A DNA stretch of 64,000 nt from Treponema sp. (lineage in GTDB: Bacteria; Spirochaetota; Spirochaetia; Treponematales; Breznakiellaceae): contig JAITFK010000023.1 of the NCBI GenBank assembly GCA_031281555.1, positions 444 through 64,443 on the forward strand. Reading direction: 5' to 3'. The notes under the pieces are model-generated. The model did no database searches. It was given only the letters and a program-made list of their open reading frames with translations, and was not told the DNA's origin. Positions 20,184 through 30,282 of the stretch are shown one piece after another (within the stretch, counting starts at the first letter, position 1; every line of letters begins with the position of its first letter). Made by a program: the position numbers and the translations under genes.

Positions 20184-21134
20184 ATGGTTCAGAATGAGTC
20201 ATATTTTGAAAGCCATGACGGTACCAAACTGTTTTTGTACCGTTGGCTGCCTGAGACCCGGCCTAAGGCAGTGTTGCATATCGTTCACGGTATGGCGGAA
20301 CACGCGCTACGGTACAGACGGCTGGCTGAGAAATTAACCGCGGCTGGAATTGAAATTTGGGCCGCAGATCAGCGGGGGCATGGTAAAACTGCCGATTTAA
20401 GCTTGAATAAGTCAGGCAAGGGAGGCCTGCTAGGGCACTGCGGCGACGGTTACGGTTTTGCGCTTGTTACAAAAGACATCTATGTCCTGAATAAAGAAAT
20501 AAAGAAAACTATTAATGTTCCTGTTTTTCTTCTTGGACATTCTTGGGGTTCGTTTATAGTTCAAAACTATATTGAAGAATATACAAATGATTTAAATATA
20601 GAAGGCTGTATTTTATCCGGCACAAAGGGGCCGGGTGATTTTATGGTAAAACTGGGGCTTCCGTTTCTTACTGTTCTTGCGGCTCTTCGCGGACAGCGTA
20701 ACGGCTCGCGTTTGGCAAGGGCGATGGGAGACGGGCAGTACAACAACCCGTTTAAGCCGAACCGTACGCAGTTTGACTGGATTTCCCGTGATGAAGAGGA
20801 AGTAGACAAATATACAGCGGATCCACTTTGCGGGTTTTTGTGTTCATCCGGTTTTTACAGGGATCTTACAAGGATTTTAAATAATGTCCATCGTCCTGAA
20901 AAAATAGCAAGTATTAAAAATAATTTACCGGTGTATGTTTTCTCGGGAAGCTCGGATCCTGTAGGAGCTATGGGCGCCAGCACGACTGCCCTTGTAAATG
21001 AATACCGGAAAAAAGGAATTAACGATCTTGAGTTTGTGCTGTATCCGGGCGCAAGGCATGAAACTTTAAACGAGACTAATCGTGAAGAAGTAATGGATAA
21101 TCTTCTTTCATGGATAAGTAAATACTGTGAATGA
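20184..21134 (+). CDS. Alpha/beta hydrolase (lysophospholipase-like)
   Basis: HGMAEH..RY, DQRGHG, GHSWG, DPVG, ARHE. Confidence 0.88.
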   Translation: MVQNESYFESHDGTKLFLYRWLPETRPKAVLHIVHGMAEHALRYRRLAEKLTAAGIEIWAADQRGHGKTADLSLNKSGKGGLLGHCGDGYGFALVTKDIYVLNKEIKKTINVPVFLLGHSWGSFIVQNYIEEYTNDLNIEGCILSGTKGPGDFMVKLGLPFLTVLAALRGQRNGSRLARAMGDGQYNNPFKPNRTQFDWISRDEEEVDKYTADPLCGFLCSSGFYRDLTRILNNVHRPEKIASIKNNLPVYVFSGSSDPVGAMGASTTALVNEYRKKGINDLEFVLYPGARHETLNETNREEVMDNLLSWISKYCE

Positions 21135-22330
21135 GATATAGATATTCAACCGGAAAAAACGGGAAACCGGTAAAAAAAGCGATAATCTACACCTGCGATG
21201 AACACGGAATAAATTTTTCCGATATAAACAAGGAAGCCGTAGGCATAATCAAAAAATTAAGACATGCGGGCTTTGACGCTTATATTGTCGGCGGCGCTGT
21301 CAGGGACTTAATACTTGGCAAGAAACCGAAGGACTTTGACATTGTAAGCAACGCGAGCCCGGCGAAAATTAAAAAAGTATTCCGCAATTCCAGAATAATA
21401 GGTAGACGATTCCGTTTGGTACATGTTTATTTTGAAGAGAGAGTCTTTGAAGTCTCTACTTTTCGTTCTTTAAAAGACGGGTATACGGGTAATATATTCG
21501 GGACAATGGATGAAGATGTTTTTCGCCGTGACTTTACGATGAACGCTCTCTTTTACGATATTGAACAGCAAGTTGTAATTGATTATGTGGGAGGGATGAA
21601 TGACATAAAAAAGAAGCAGGTTAAACCGGTTATCCCCCTTTCAGAAATTTTCACGGAAGATCCTGTTAGAATGATACGCGCCGTGAAATACGCGGCTCTC
21701 GCAGGTTTTTCAATTCCGTTTAATCTTAAATTAAAAATCTCAAGACAATCAGAATTACTTGCGGGTATTTCCCCTTCGCGCCTTACGGAAGAAATTTTAA
21801 AAATAATTAATTCGGATAATGCCGCGGCTGTTGTAAACCTGCTTGATAAAATGGGACTGTATAATTACCTTCAGCCCAATGCCGCGAGTCTTATGCGGAA
21901 AAACCCGTCTTTCAGACAAAATTACCTTAAGAACATGGCTGCTTTGAACGGCAGTGAAAGCGGGCGCGGACAGGTTCTAGGCGCTCTTTTTTACGATTAC
22001 CTTGAAACAGTTTATAACTGGGAAGGCGAATATTCGTCAGGGAAAAATCTTCCTGTGTCAATAGAAAATTTCAGGGAAATATTCAAAGCTGTCCGTTCTT
22101 TTATGCTCCCCATGAATCCTCCCCGTTACGATCTGGAGCGAACCCTGCGAAAATATTTCTCAAATCACGGTATAATAATTAAAAGGCCGCATATTGAAAA
22201 ATTAAAGCCGACCGTTGAAACCGTTGAAAATAAACCTTCCGCCGCGAGAAAGAGAAGACGCCGGAAACACAAGCCTGAGTTAAAAGAATCCGCAAACGTT
22301 ACGCAAAACGCTGAGATTCATAATTATTAA
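21131..22330 (+). CDS. pcnB: Poly(A) polymerase I
   Basis: VGGAVRD, KDFD, PAP signature IIGRRFRLVHV, RRDFTMN, EDPVRMIRA, Arg-rich tail. Confidence 0.88.
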   Translation: MRYRYSTGKNGKPVKKAIIYTCDEHGINFSDINKEAVGIIKKLRHAGFDAYIVGGAVRDLILGKKPKDFDIVSNASPAKIKKVFRNSRIIGRRFRLVHVYFEERVFEVSTFRSLKDGYTGNIFGTMDEDVFRRDFTMNALFYDIEQQVVIDYVGGMNDIKKKQVKPVIPLSEIFTEDPVRMIRAVKYAALAGFSIPFNLKLKISRQSELLAGISPSRLTEEILKIINSDNAAAVVNLLDKMGLYNYLQPNAASLMRKNPSFRQNYLKNMAALNGSESGRGQVLGALFYDYLETVYNWEGEYSSGKNLPVSIENFREIFKAVRSFMLPMNPPRYDLERTLRKYFSNHGIIIKRPHIEKLKPTVETVENKPSAARKRRRRKHKPELKESANVTQNAEIHNY

Positions 22331-23202
22331 ACTGTGTTTGATTCGCTTTCTGTGATTTTATCAATGATTATATTTACTTCTTCAATTAATATTCCGGTGT
22401 AATGTTCTATTGTATCTATGACATACTGCTGTAATTCGTGGATATTTCCTCCTAGCTGGATACCGTATGGTACGTCTATGGTTATTACAAGGCGATAACC
22501 CATTTTATCGTCTTTAACAAGAACTTTTTTAACTTTGATATTTTTATTATACTCGCCAACGCAATGGACGGCGAATTGGCTTAAAGCGGCTTCTGAAATT
22601 ATCACTTTTCCGCGTTTTGAATATTCAGGCCTTACAAGTGATTTTTCATGCAGAGTCGCTACAGGACCGATTCCGGGAGGAGCTACTTTTTTCCTGAAAA
22701 TTCTTATAACATCGTAAAAAATATCGGGATAACTTTTTTTTACTTCAATTGACGGTACGGGAATTACATGCTTTCCTTCAATGCGCCTTGTCCTTACGGC
22801 CTTGTCTATTTCTTCTTGAGAAGAAATATCTTCAATTTTTATTATTTTTTGCGGCGGGGGAAGCTGTAAACGCGCCGCTATCTTATTAACCATTTTTTCT
22901 GAAGTTCCAAGCAGCAGAATACGGTTGTATTTTTCGTTTTGGAGTCTGCGGGCTACTTCGTCTCTGTGCAATTTTTCATCAAAAAGGGCAACTTTAACCG
23001 CTGCCATAAAAGTATGCTCTTTTTTTGCGGAATGTCCTGCAAGAATACGATTATCCTTGATTAAAAGGCCATCGTCGATTATTAGATCAATTCCGTATTT
23101 TTGAGCAACCAGTTTCGCGTGGAAGCTTTTACCTGTTCCGCTTTCCCCGACAAGAGCAAATATTTTTTTTCTTTTAAAGAACGAAAGAAAATTTAATTTC
23201 AT
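22327..23202 (-). CDS. P-loop NTPase with C-terminal Asp23-like domain
   Basis: GESGTGKS, IIDDGLLI; C-terminal GKVIISE...Q..V...IEHYTG....VNI.I. Confidence 0.6.
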   Translation of the reverse strand: MKLNFLSFFKRKKIFALVGESGTGKSFHAKLVAQKYGIDLIIDDGLLIKDNRILAGHSAKKEHTFMAAVKVALFDEKLHRDEVARRLQNEKYNRILLLGTSEKMVNKIAARLQLPPPQKIIKIEDISSQEEIDKAVRTRRIEGKHVIPVPSIEVKKSYPDIFYDVIRIFRKKVAPPGIGPVATLHEKSLVRPEYSKRGKVIISEAALSQFAVHCVGEYNKNIKVKKVLVKDDKMGYRLVITIDVPYGIQLGGNIHELQQYVIDTIEHYTGILIEEVNIIIDKITESESNTV

Positions 23203-23214
23203 CGCTCCGGTATA

Positions 23215-23925
23215 TTATTGATTGCTGTTGTACACACGCAGATCAGACAATAATTGCCTTGCTCTTTCCTTGACCGGGGTAATATACTGACCTTCCGCTA
23301 TGCGCGTTATAGTTCTTATGGCTTCAGGGTGACTAATGCCGTTATTCTGCCTTGCGATATTTTCAAACGCGTCAATTGTAGCAATCGCCATAAGGTTATC
23401 AGGATTTAAATTGTCAAATCTTGAGAAAGCCCAGGAAATAATAACAACAGTTTCATTGTTATCATTTACGCCTATATCTCCAAGAGATTTTATCACTTCC
23501 TGAAGCACCATTGGCTCATTTTCAAACTGGCAGATATCAAGAAGTGATTTTTTTGCTTCTTCGGTACCCATCTGTCCAAGGTACTTTGCTGATAAACGTC
23601 TTACATCGGGGAAATTGTTTACAACTCTTCCGTTCTCCATCGCGATAGACCTTCTTCCTTCCCTTGAAAGAAAATCAAGCGTCTGACGGATATCGTCGTT
23701 TTTACTTCCGCGGTTTATTGCGTCGTTTATGTATTCCAAAGCTACAAATTTTTGTTCTCTGGTGCTGGCTCTGGCCGTTTCCCTGATAATCATAAGCTCT
23801 ATTGATTCTTTCAAATATGATTCCTCAACAGACAGATCGCTTCCCGGATTACTCTGAGCAGCAATTCCTGTTACAGCCATAACAGACGCTGTAATTAAAA
23901 TGAAAAGACGTTTAATTGTAAACAT
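23215..23925 (-). CDS. Exported HEAT-repeat protein
   Basis: Signal peptide; VRRLSAKYLGQMG and VIKSLGDIG repeats. Confidence 0.65.
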   Translation of the reverse strand: MFTIKRLFILITASVMAVTGIAAQSNPGSDLSVEESYLKESIELMIIRETARASTREQKFVALEYINDAINRGSKNDDIRQTLDFLSREGRRSIAMENGRVVNNFPDVRRLSAKYLGQMGTEEAKKSLLDICQFENEPMVLQEVIKSLGDIGVNDNNETVVIISWAFSRFDNLNPDNLMAIATIDAFENIARQNNGISHPEAIRTITRIAEGQYITPVKERARQLLSDLRVYNSNQ

Positions 23926-23952
23926 ATAAATTCTCCTTAATTTATCCTTGTT

Positions 23953-24528
23953 TTAATTGACAATTAACCATGAATTGCCCACTTTTTCAAGATCGTATAA
24001 AACCAGCCGTTGTTCTTCGCCGGTTCTGTTGTTTTTTAAAATCGCGAAAGCTTTAACTCTGTTTATATCAATAAATTCTATATCGTCAACACGGCTGTCT
24101 GCTCTTGAAGGTACAACTACATTACCAAAATAATCTTCAGGCGTTCTTAATACAATATTTCTTGTTTTCATTGCCGGTGAATCCGATATCTGCTTTAAGA
24201 ACTGAGGTGAAGAAATTTCCTTAAAATAATTTTGAGACAGTGTCGCTTTCCACGCGTTGTAGTTCTTTTTACTGATAATATCGTTTAGGTTTCCGATAAA
24301 ACGTTTTACTTCGTCTAAAGTAGAATCATGCTGAGCCTGGCTGACTATTTTTGAATTAAAAGTATCCTCAGTTTGCTGCGGACTTGTTTCTGTTTTCTGA
24401 GGCGTATTTTGTACAGTAACCGGTGAAAGCTCGGCTTTCGGGCCTGAATGGCAGGAAACCGTTAAGATTACCGCAAGAATTAATAAAAAAGCGGAAATTT
24501 TACTCCCCATACTATTACAGTATTTCAT
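23953..24528 (-). CDS. Hypothetical lipoprotein
   Basis: Lipobox TVSC; VVVPSR motif; start may be at the internal Met. Confidence 0.65.
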   Translation of the reverse strand: MKYCNSMGSKISAFLLILAVILTVSCHSGPKAELSPVTVQNTPQKTETSPQQTEDTFNSKIVSQAQHDSTLDEVKRFIGNLNDIISKKNYNAWKATLSQNYFKEISSPQFLKQISDSPAMKTRNIVLRTPEDYFGNVVVPSRADSRVDDIEFIDINRVKAFAILKNNRTGEEQRLVLYDLEKVGNSWLIVN

Positions 24529-24598
24529 TTTATCTAAAATGTCAATTAAATACCGGTATATTATTGAATAATATACCGATTCACGTTAAGTTGATGAT

Positions 24599-25081
24599 AT
24601 GTTAAAAGCTGCTTTTCCCGGGTCTTTTGATCCGCCAACATCAGGGCATATAAATATAATCCAACGCGCAGCTTCAATTTTTGATGAATTGGTAGTTGTA
24701 GTAGCAGAAAATAAACAGAAAAAATACCTTTTTTCTGCGCAGGAAAGGGCTTCCATGATTATTGAGCTCATTCGGGAAAAGAAAAATGTATCGGTTACCG
24801 TTTGCGACTGCCTTGTCGTGGATTTCTTAAAAAAGATGGGAATTAAACTTTTAATTCGCGGAGTCCGCGGCCTTGAAGATTTTTCCTATGAATTTGAGCT
24901 TTCCATGATGAACAAAGCGCTTGATCCGGAAATTGAAACTATCTTTATGACAACAGATCCTGAATATTTTGTAATTCGCTCATCGTCAATAAAAGAACTC
25001 GCTTCATTTAACGGGAATTTACACGGTATGGTTCCGCCTCTTGTTGCAAAAGCATTAAAAGAAAAGTATAGTAAATCCTAA
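24599..25081 (+). CDS. coaD: Phosphopantetheine adenylyltransferase
   Basis: PGSFDPPTSGH, IRGVR...DFSYE, SSSIKE. Confidence 0.95.
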   Translation: MLKAAFPGSFDPPTSGHINIIQRAASIFDELVVVVAENKQKKYLFSAQERASMIIELIREKKNVSVTVCDCLVVDFLKKMGIKLLIRGVRGLEDFSYEFELSMMNKALDPEIETIFMTTDPEYFVIRSSSIKELASFNGNLHGMVPPLVAKALKEKYSKS

Positions 25082-25149
25082 CAGAGAATAAGTGATTTAT
25101 TGAAAGATTGTTCAGGAAAAAGAATGTTGACAAAATTTGTTTTTTTGTC

Positions 25150-25178
25150 TTGACAGTATTTTTTATTTTTGTTAATAT
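25150..25178 (+). promoter_or_regulatory. Sigma70 promoter of rpmF-acpP-rnc
   Basis: TTGACA-17nt-TAATAT with extended TG. Confidence 0.65.
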
Positions 25179-25202
25179 CAATTAGTTTAGAGAGGTTAAA
25201 TT

Positions 25203-25391
25203 ATGGCAGTACCAAGAGGAAAAACATCGAAAGCAAGGACAAGCCGTCGGCAGTCCATCAATATGAGACTTACCGCGCCTACAATGATTAGTTGCAGCAC
25301 CTGCGGTAACAAGGTGCTTTTACATCGTGTTTGCCCGAAGTGCGGTTTTTACCGCGGCAAGCAGGTAATTGTTCCTAATTCCAAAGTTTAA
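25203..25391 (+). CDS. rpmF: 50S ribosomal protein L32
   Basis: MAVPRGKTSKAR, CSTCG, HRVCPKCGFYRGK. Confidence 0.96.
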   Translation: MAVPRGKTSKARTSRRQSINMRLTAPTMISCSTCGNKVLLHRVCPKCGFYRGKQVIVPNSKV

Positions 25392-25405
25392 TTAAGGGGA
25401 AAGAA

Positions 25406-25642
25406 ATGGACGAGTTATTTGAAAAAATGAAAAAACTCATCGCGGAAAAACTGAGTGTTGATGAGGGAAAAGTTACAATGGAAGCGTCATTCCGTCAGGA
25501 TCTCGGCGCCGACAGTCTTGACAACTACGAACTGGTTTACGCTATTGAGGAGCAGATGGGTATCAGCATCCCCGATGAAAAAGCCACCGAATTTGAAACC
25601 GTAAAGGACGCATACGAATTTATTAAATCTCAGCAAAAGTAA
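25406..25642 (+). CDS. acpP: Acyl carrier protein
   Basis: DLGADSLD phosphopantetheine site. Confidence 0.95.
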   Translation: MDELFEKMKKLIAEKLSVDEGKVTMEASFRQDLGADSLDNYELVYAIEEQMGISIPDEKATEFETVKDAYEFIKSQQK

Positions 25643-25646
25643 CAAT

Positions 25647-26357
25647 GTTTTAAATCCTGAAAGGGTAAAAAAACTGGCGGCTTTTCAAAAGGCCGCCGGT
25701 TTTAAATTTAAAAATATCAATCTTTTAAATATTTCTTTTATGCACCGTTCGGTTTCCAATGAAATCGGCAGCAAGGTAAATAATGAGCGCCTTGAATTCC
25801 TGGGCGATTCCGTTTTAGGCGCTGTCTGCGCTACGCTTCTTTACCAAAAATATACCGAAAAAAACGAAGGCGAACTTGCGAAAATAAAATCTGTTGTTGT
25901 TTCGGAAGATATTCTTTCGGAAATTTCCCTGAATTTGCAAATTGATAAAATACTCCTGCTTGGCAAGGGAGAGGAGCTTTCCGGCGGCAGAACCAAGAAG
26001 GCTATTCTTGCCGACGCAATGGAAGCGCTTATCGGCGCGCTTTACATTGATTCAGGGTATAAGACCGCTTTTGATTTTGTAAGCCGCTGTATCACGCCGG
26101 AAATAAATCGCGTAACAGGAGAAAATTACCATAAAGACTATAAATCGCTTTTACAGGAATACTGTCAGAGGTTTTTTCACTGTTATCCCGAATACTGCAT
26201 GACCAAACGCTCCGGCCCGGAACACGATCGCACATTCTGGATGGAAGTACGCATAGGCGAGACTGTTTACGGAACAGGAACAGGCCGCAACAAGAAAAGC
26301 GCGGAACAGGAAGCCGCCAGGGTAGCATATGAAGCTTTGGAATCATCAGACGCCTAA
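25647..26357 (+). CDS. rnc: Ribonuclease III (start uncertain; first in-frame ATG at 25740)
   Basis: NERLEFLGD, DAMEALIGA, dsRBD (DYKSLLQE, G.G.NKKSAEQ.AA); homologous N-terminal helix is open upstream of 25740. Confidence 0.9.
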   Translation, partial: VLNPERVKKLAAFQKAAGFKFKNINLLNISFMHRSVSNEIGSKVNNERLEFLGDSVLGAVCATLLYQKYTEKNEGELAKIKSVVVSEDILSEISLNLQIDKILLLGKGEELSGGRTKKAILADAMEALIGALYIDSGYKTAFDFVSRCITPEINRVTGENYHKDYKSLLQEYCQRFFHCYPEYCMTKRSGPEHDRTFWMEVRIGETVYGTGTGRNKKSAEQEAARVAYEALESSDA

Positions 26358-26379
26358 AATAAATTAATTATTTTAGGCG
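26351..26379. terminator. Hairpin between convergent rnc and GH30 genes
   Basis: CGCCTAAAATAA-5nt-TTATTTTAGGCG. Confidence 0.55.
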
Positions 26380-26391
26380 CTTGATAATATC

Positions 26392-27711
26392 TCAGAGAAA
26401 TACTGTATTTACGGATTCCCGCAGAACCCGTACGGGAATATCTTTATCCTTGTCGCGGATAATGAGATCAGAATCATAGGTTTCCGTATTCGCGATAAAA
26501 AGTACTTTACTGCCGTCCGGGTTTATAAAACCCGCAGTCTGAAAATTCTGAGGTAATGACACAGGTTCAAGCATAATACGGCGGGCTCCCCGTTTGATGT
26601 AGCGGGAAAAGTGGAGCAATGTGTAATACTCGTCTGAACGCCGCACTGATGTTCCGTCTCTGTCAATTTCTACTGTTCCCGTGCAATTAAAAGGACCGAT
26701 ATTGGGATAACCTGCCGGGTCAAGGGCAAGATTCCAAACAGTTATGGATTGGCATCCGTTGTTAATTGCTTTAATGAAACCTGCCGCGATATCGCCGATA
26801 GAAAATCTTTTTGAGAATCCGGTAACCAAATCAATGGGTACTACTCCTCCTTCAGTCCAGTGGTTTTCACATTCAGGATGCTTGTCCCTGAACCAGCTAA
26901 TCATTTCAGGATGCCCTTCGTAGGGGTGCCACGCGATTCCGGCGCAGGCAGATTTCACTTCAGGATCATCCATCTGGAAAATTGCTCTGCGCCACATTAT
27001 TAAGTTATGATCCATCAGCCATATTTTAAGATCTTTAAACCCGTTCTCGTTAAGAAGCTTGCGCATTTTTAAGGCGAATTCCATTTCCAGTTCAGGATGC
27101 CACAAACAGGCAGGCATTTTACTTACTTGATCCGTTTCGGTTTCGTTTTGGGGGGTAAGGCCGTTAAGTCTTACCCCTGCTTTTTCATAATGTTGGAGAA
27201 ATTTGAGGTAATATAAAGCATAAGCGTCTAAATATTTTTGCCGCATCCAACCTCCCTGGGCCTTACCGGATGTCTTCATCCAGCCGGGAGGCGACCAGGG
27301 AGAGGAATAAAGGAAAAGATCGGGATTGTGTTTACGGCATAAGCGTAAAATCGGCAATATGAGTGCATCATCATGAGACGCGTTGAAGTGGCGCATCTCC
27401 GTATCATCCGGCTCGGAAGCGAAATCGTATTGAGTTTCCGCGTAATCACTTGAACCGACACATATCCGCCCTACGGAAAAATTTCCTTCAGCGGGAGAAT
27501 AAATTTCTTTTATCAGGTTTTCACGCGCTTCTTCTTTCATCCGGCTGAGCATTATACAGGCGGATTCTGTAAGAGCCGCGCCGAAACCCAGCATACTTTG
27601 GTCGGTTTTATCCTGAAGGACAATTGCCGGACCAAACCGCTTCCCTTGCGTTTCAAAATTAAGAGAACGTTCTTCCTGTATTCTGCCAGGATTAGTGATA
27701 ATGCACTTCAT
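26392..27711 (-). CDS. Glycoside hydrolase family 30
   Basis: GFGAALTES, SPWSPPGWMK, QNE (acid/base), WTEG (nucleophile), WNLALD, HFSRYI. Confidence 0.88.
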   Translation of the reverse strand: MKCIITNPGRIQEERSLNFETQGKRFGPAIVLQDKTDQSMLGFGAALTESACIMLSRMKEEARENLIKEIYSPAEGNFSVGRICVGSSDYAETQYDFASEPDDTEMRHFNASHDDALILPILRLCRKHNPDLFLYSSPWSPPGWMKTSGKAQGGWMRQKYLDAYALYYLKFLQHYEKAGVRLNGLTPQNETETDQVSKMPACLWHPELEMEFALKMRKLLNENGFKDLKIWLMDHNLIMWRRAIFQMDDPEVKSACAGIAWHPYEGHPEMISWFRDKHPECENHWTEGGVVPIDLVTGFSKRFSIGDIAAGFIKAINNGCQSITVWNLALDPAGYPNIGPFNCTGTVEIDRDGTSVRRSDEYYTLLHFSRYIKRGARRIMLEPVSLPQNFQTAGFINPDGSKVLFIANTETYDSDLIIRDKDKDIPVRVLRESVNTVFL

Positions 27712-27722
27712 ATTTTTCCCTG

Positions 27723-29213
27723 TTACTGACTGATTTCTCTTATGTAAGCGTCAAGCTGTCCCTGTAAAACCTGCTTTACTTTATCAACGCCCGCGGTCTT
27801 CATTTTATCTTCATATTCTTTAAGACCGGCCCTTAAATCCACAAGTCCCAGTTCCAGCGGATACCAATACTGACGGTGTACGTTCTGACAGGTTGAATAT
27901 TCGGTTTCTATAGAAGAAGTATCCATTACAAAAGAACGGATTCTTTGGGCTCCTACGCCGTCCTTTATATACGCATCGTATGAAGCTTTATAACCTGCGA
28001 TATCCTTGGGAGCGCCCACAGTCGGTAAGTTAAATTCACTGGTTCTGGCCGCCCAGCAGTTGGAGAAAGCAAAACCGACATTATCCAGCATATCAACACA
28101 ATCAACTCCGTTATCGTTAACTATTCTGTAAGTGCTTCCTTCAATACCGTAGTAGAACGCTCGGTAAACTACTTCATCGTTGGTGATAAGATCCCACAAC
28201 ATAAGAGCGCGTTCAGGGTTTTTTGAAGTGTTGGAAATAACCATAGCATCCTGAGTAAAGCTCATGTTGGAAACGTCCTTAACCATGTTGAACCAGCGGA
28301 TTCCCCATGACGGATTGGTTCGATACTCACCTTCGTAAGAGTCGATATTATGAATTCTAAGAGCGCTTTTTCCGTTGGTAAACTTGCCCGCATCGGTATC
28401 GGAGAGAGCCGATTTGGGGAAATACCCGGCTTTATTCCAGCGATCCATCATCCCAAGGAATTCCGGAATTGAGCTTTCTTCATAATATGTAAATATCTTT
28501 GGATTGGATTGTGCAGGATCTATATAAAGGAAATCGTTTGTGGAACCTTTAAGACTGTAATAACCTTTGAAGTACATCCACATATCATCGACAAAGCTGC
28601 CTTCGTTGTAGACATCAAGAGGCTCGATGCCGGGATTGTTAGCTTTAACAACGGAGAAGAATTTTTCTATATCCTGAAAATTCTCCATTTTTCCGTCCCA
28701 ACCGTGGGGTGAAGCTATGTCTGTCCGGTAGATGGCTCCAAATGCCGAATAGGTTGCCTGTAAGGTGGGCATACAGTATAAATGTCCGTTTACAGTAGCC
28801 TGAAAGAGAGCTGTCTTGGATTGCCTGGCGAAATTCTTCGGTGCGTATTTGGGCCAAAGTTCATCAAGTTCTTTAAAAGCGCCTCTCTTGGCCAAGTCGG
28901 CGAAGTTAAGCCATGTGGCAGTATATGCCATATCAAATGCTTCACCGGAAGAGAATAGTAACGGATATTTGTTATTTCCAAAGTCTGCCCATGAAAGGTA
29001 GTTAATCTTCAATGTACAGTTAAGTCTTTGGATGAGTATTTTATTTAGGTTATCCATTACTTCACCTAATCTTGGAGGTTCATCGCCCATGATCCACATG
29101 ACCAATTCCACTCTTTTGGAAGTGCTTGCGCCTCCTTCCGCGTTCTTGTTTCCGCACGAACTCAAAGCAATGAGAAGAATCAATGCAGCAAACAAAATGC
29201 TTTTTCTTTTCAT
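27723..29213 (-). CDS. Carbohydrate ABC transporter substrate-binding lipoprotein (DUF3502 C-terminus)
   Basis: Lipobox LSSC; SGEAFD, SKNPERA, YGIEG, AGVDKV..LQ.QLD. Confidence 0.85.
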   Translation of the reverse strand: MKRKSILFAALILLIALSSCGNKNAEGGASTSKRVELVMWIMGDEPPRLGEVMDNLNKILIQRLNCTLKINYLSWADFGNNKYPLLFSSGEAFDMAYTATWLNFADLAKRGAFKELDELWPKYAPKNFARQSKTALFQATVNGHLYCMPTLQATYSAFGAIYRTDIASPHGWDGKMENFQDIEKFFSVVKANNPGIEPLDVYNEGSFVDDMWMYFKGYYSLKGSTNDFLYIDPAQSNPKIFTYYEESSIPEFLGMMDRWNKAGYFPKSALSDTDAGKFTNGKSALRIHNIDSYEGEYRTNPSWGIRWFNMVKDVSNMSFTQDAMVISNTSKNPERALMLWDLITNDEVVYRAFYYGIEGSTYRIVNDNGVDCVDMLDNVGFAFSNCWAARTSEFNLPTVGAPKDIAGYKASYDAYIKDGVGAQRIRSFVMDTSSIETEYSTCQNVHRQYWYPLELGLVDLRAGLKEYEDKMKTAGVDKVKQVLQGQLDAYIREISQ

Positions 29214-29281
29214 TTTTTTCCTCCTAGAAAAAAAATATACCTGTATACACAGATACTATAAAAACCGCCGGTATTATCCGG

Positions 29282-30247
29282 TCAGCCTTTTACGGAACCA
29301 ATTGTTATCCCTTTAATGAAATATTTCTGGACAAAGGGATATACAAGAATAACCGGCCCTGTGGTAACTACCGCCATGGCCAGTTTAAGGGAATAGGTGG
29401 GAAGATTCTCCACCCGCAGACCTACCCGGCTCGCTATTTGAGCGAATGCCTGGGCGCGCATCAGCGTATCGTAGAGCATATATTGAAGGGGAAACTTGGC
29501 GGGAGTATTGACATAAAGCATCGCGTTGTACCAGTCGTTCCAGTAGCTAAGAGCCATAAAAAGCCCGATGGTGGCAAGCCCTGAAGGCAGCAGGGGGACA
29601 ATGATACGGACAAATATTGTAAATTCTCCGGCGCCGTCCAGTTTTGCCGATTCAATAATAGCGTGCGGAATAGTGCTGATAAAACTTCTCATGATGAGAA
29701 GGTGAAATATATTAAATAAACCGGGAAGGATCATGGAAAGATAGCTGTCTTTTAAATGCAGGTATCTTATGTAAAATATATAAGTAGAAACCATACCGCC
29801 GTTGAAAAGGGTAGTAAAGAAAAAGAAAAAAGCGATAACATTCCGGTATTTGAAGGATTTACGGCTTAACACATAAGCGGTCATGGTGATAAAGAAAAGT
29901 CCTGAAAAGGTTCCTACCGCGGTTATAAAAATAGAGTTCATATAACCCCTAAGAATCCTTTCAGGATACTTGAATGCCAATTTGTAAGCTTCAAAATTAA
30001 AACCCTTCGGCACCAGGCTGTATCCGGAGTAACGTATTACCGTTTCTTCCGTAAACGAACCTGAGACAAGAAGTAAAAAAGGAAGCAGGCACACAAAAGC
30101 GACAATAGTAATCATGAAGTAACATAACATATAAAAAACAATAGTTGAGTTACTTCTTCGTATTTTATTGGATTGAAATAAATCAAAAAAAAACATTAGC
30201 ATAACGACAAGAAAAAGCAATGCAAACAATAAAAATTTTAATTCCAT
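29282..30247 (-). CDS. Carbohydrate ABC permease (MalG/LplC-like), copy 2
   Basis: EAA loop ESAKLDGAGE, WNDWY, YPFVQKYFIKGITIGSVKG. Confidence 0.9.
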   Translation of the reverse strand: MELKFLLFALLFLVVMLMFFFDLFQSNKIRRSNSTIVFYMLCYFMITIVAFVCLLPFLLLVSGSFTEETVIRYSGYSLVPKGFNFEAYKLAFKYPERILRGYMNSIFITAVGTFSGLFFITMTAYVLSRKSFKYRNVIAFFFFFTTLFNGGMVSTYIFYIRYLHLKDSYLSMILPGLFNIFHLLIMRSFISTIPHAIIESAKLDGAGEFTIFVRIIVPLLPSGLATIGLFMALSYWNDWYNAMLYVNTPAKFPLQYMLYDTLMRAQAFAQIASRVGLRVENLPTYSLKLAMAVVTTGPVILVYPFVQKYFIKGITIGSVKG

Positions 30248-30282
30248 TTACCGCTCCAAAATAAAACCGCCGGTATTGCCGG

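Noticed and set aside
21131-22330. PcnB (or the CCA enzyme) as the cyclic-oligonucleotide synthase for the CARF proteins
   Set aside because: Both have ordinary class II nucleotidyltransferase signatures and housekeeping contexts, not CD-NTase or Cas10 motifs
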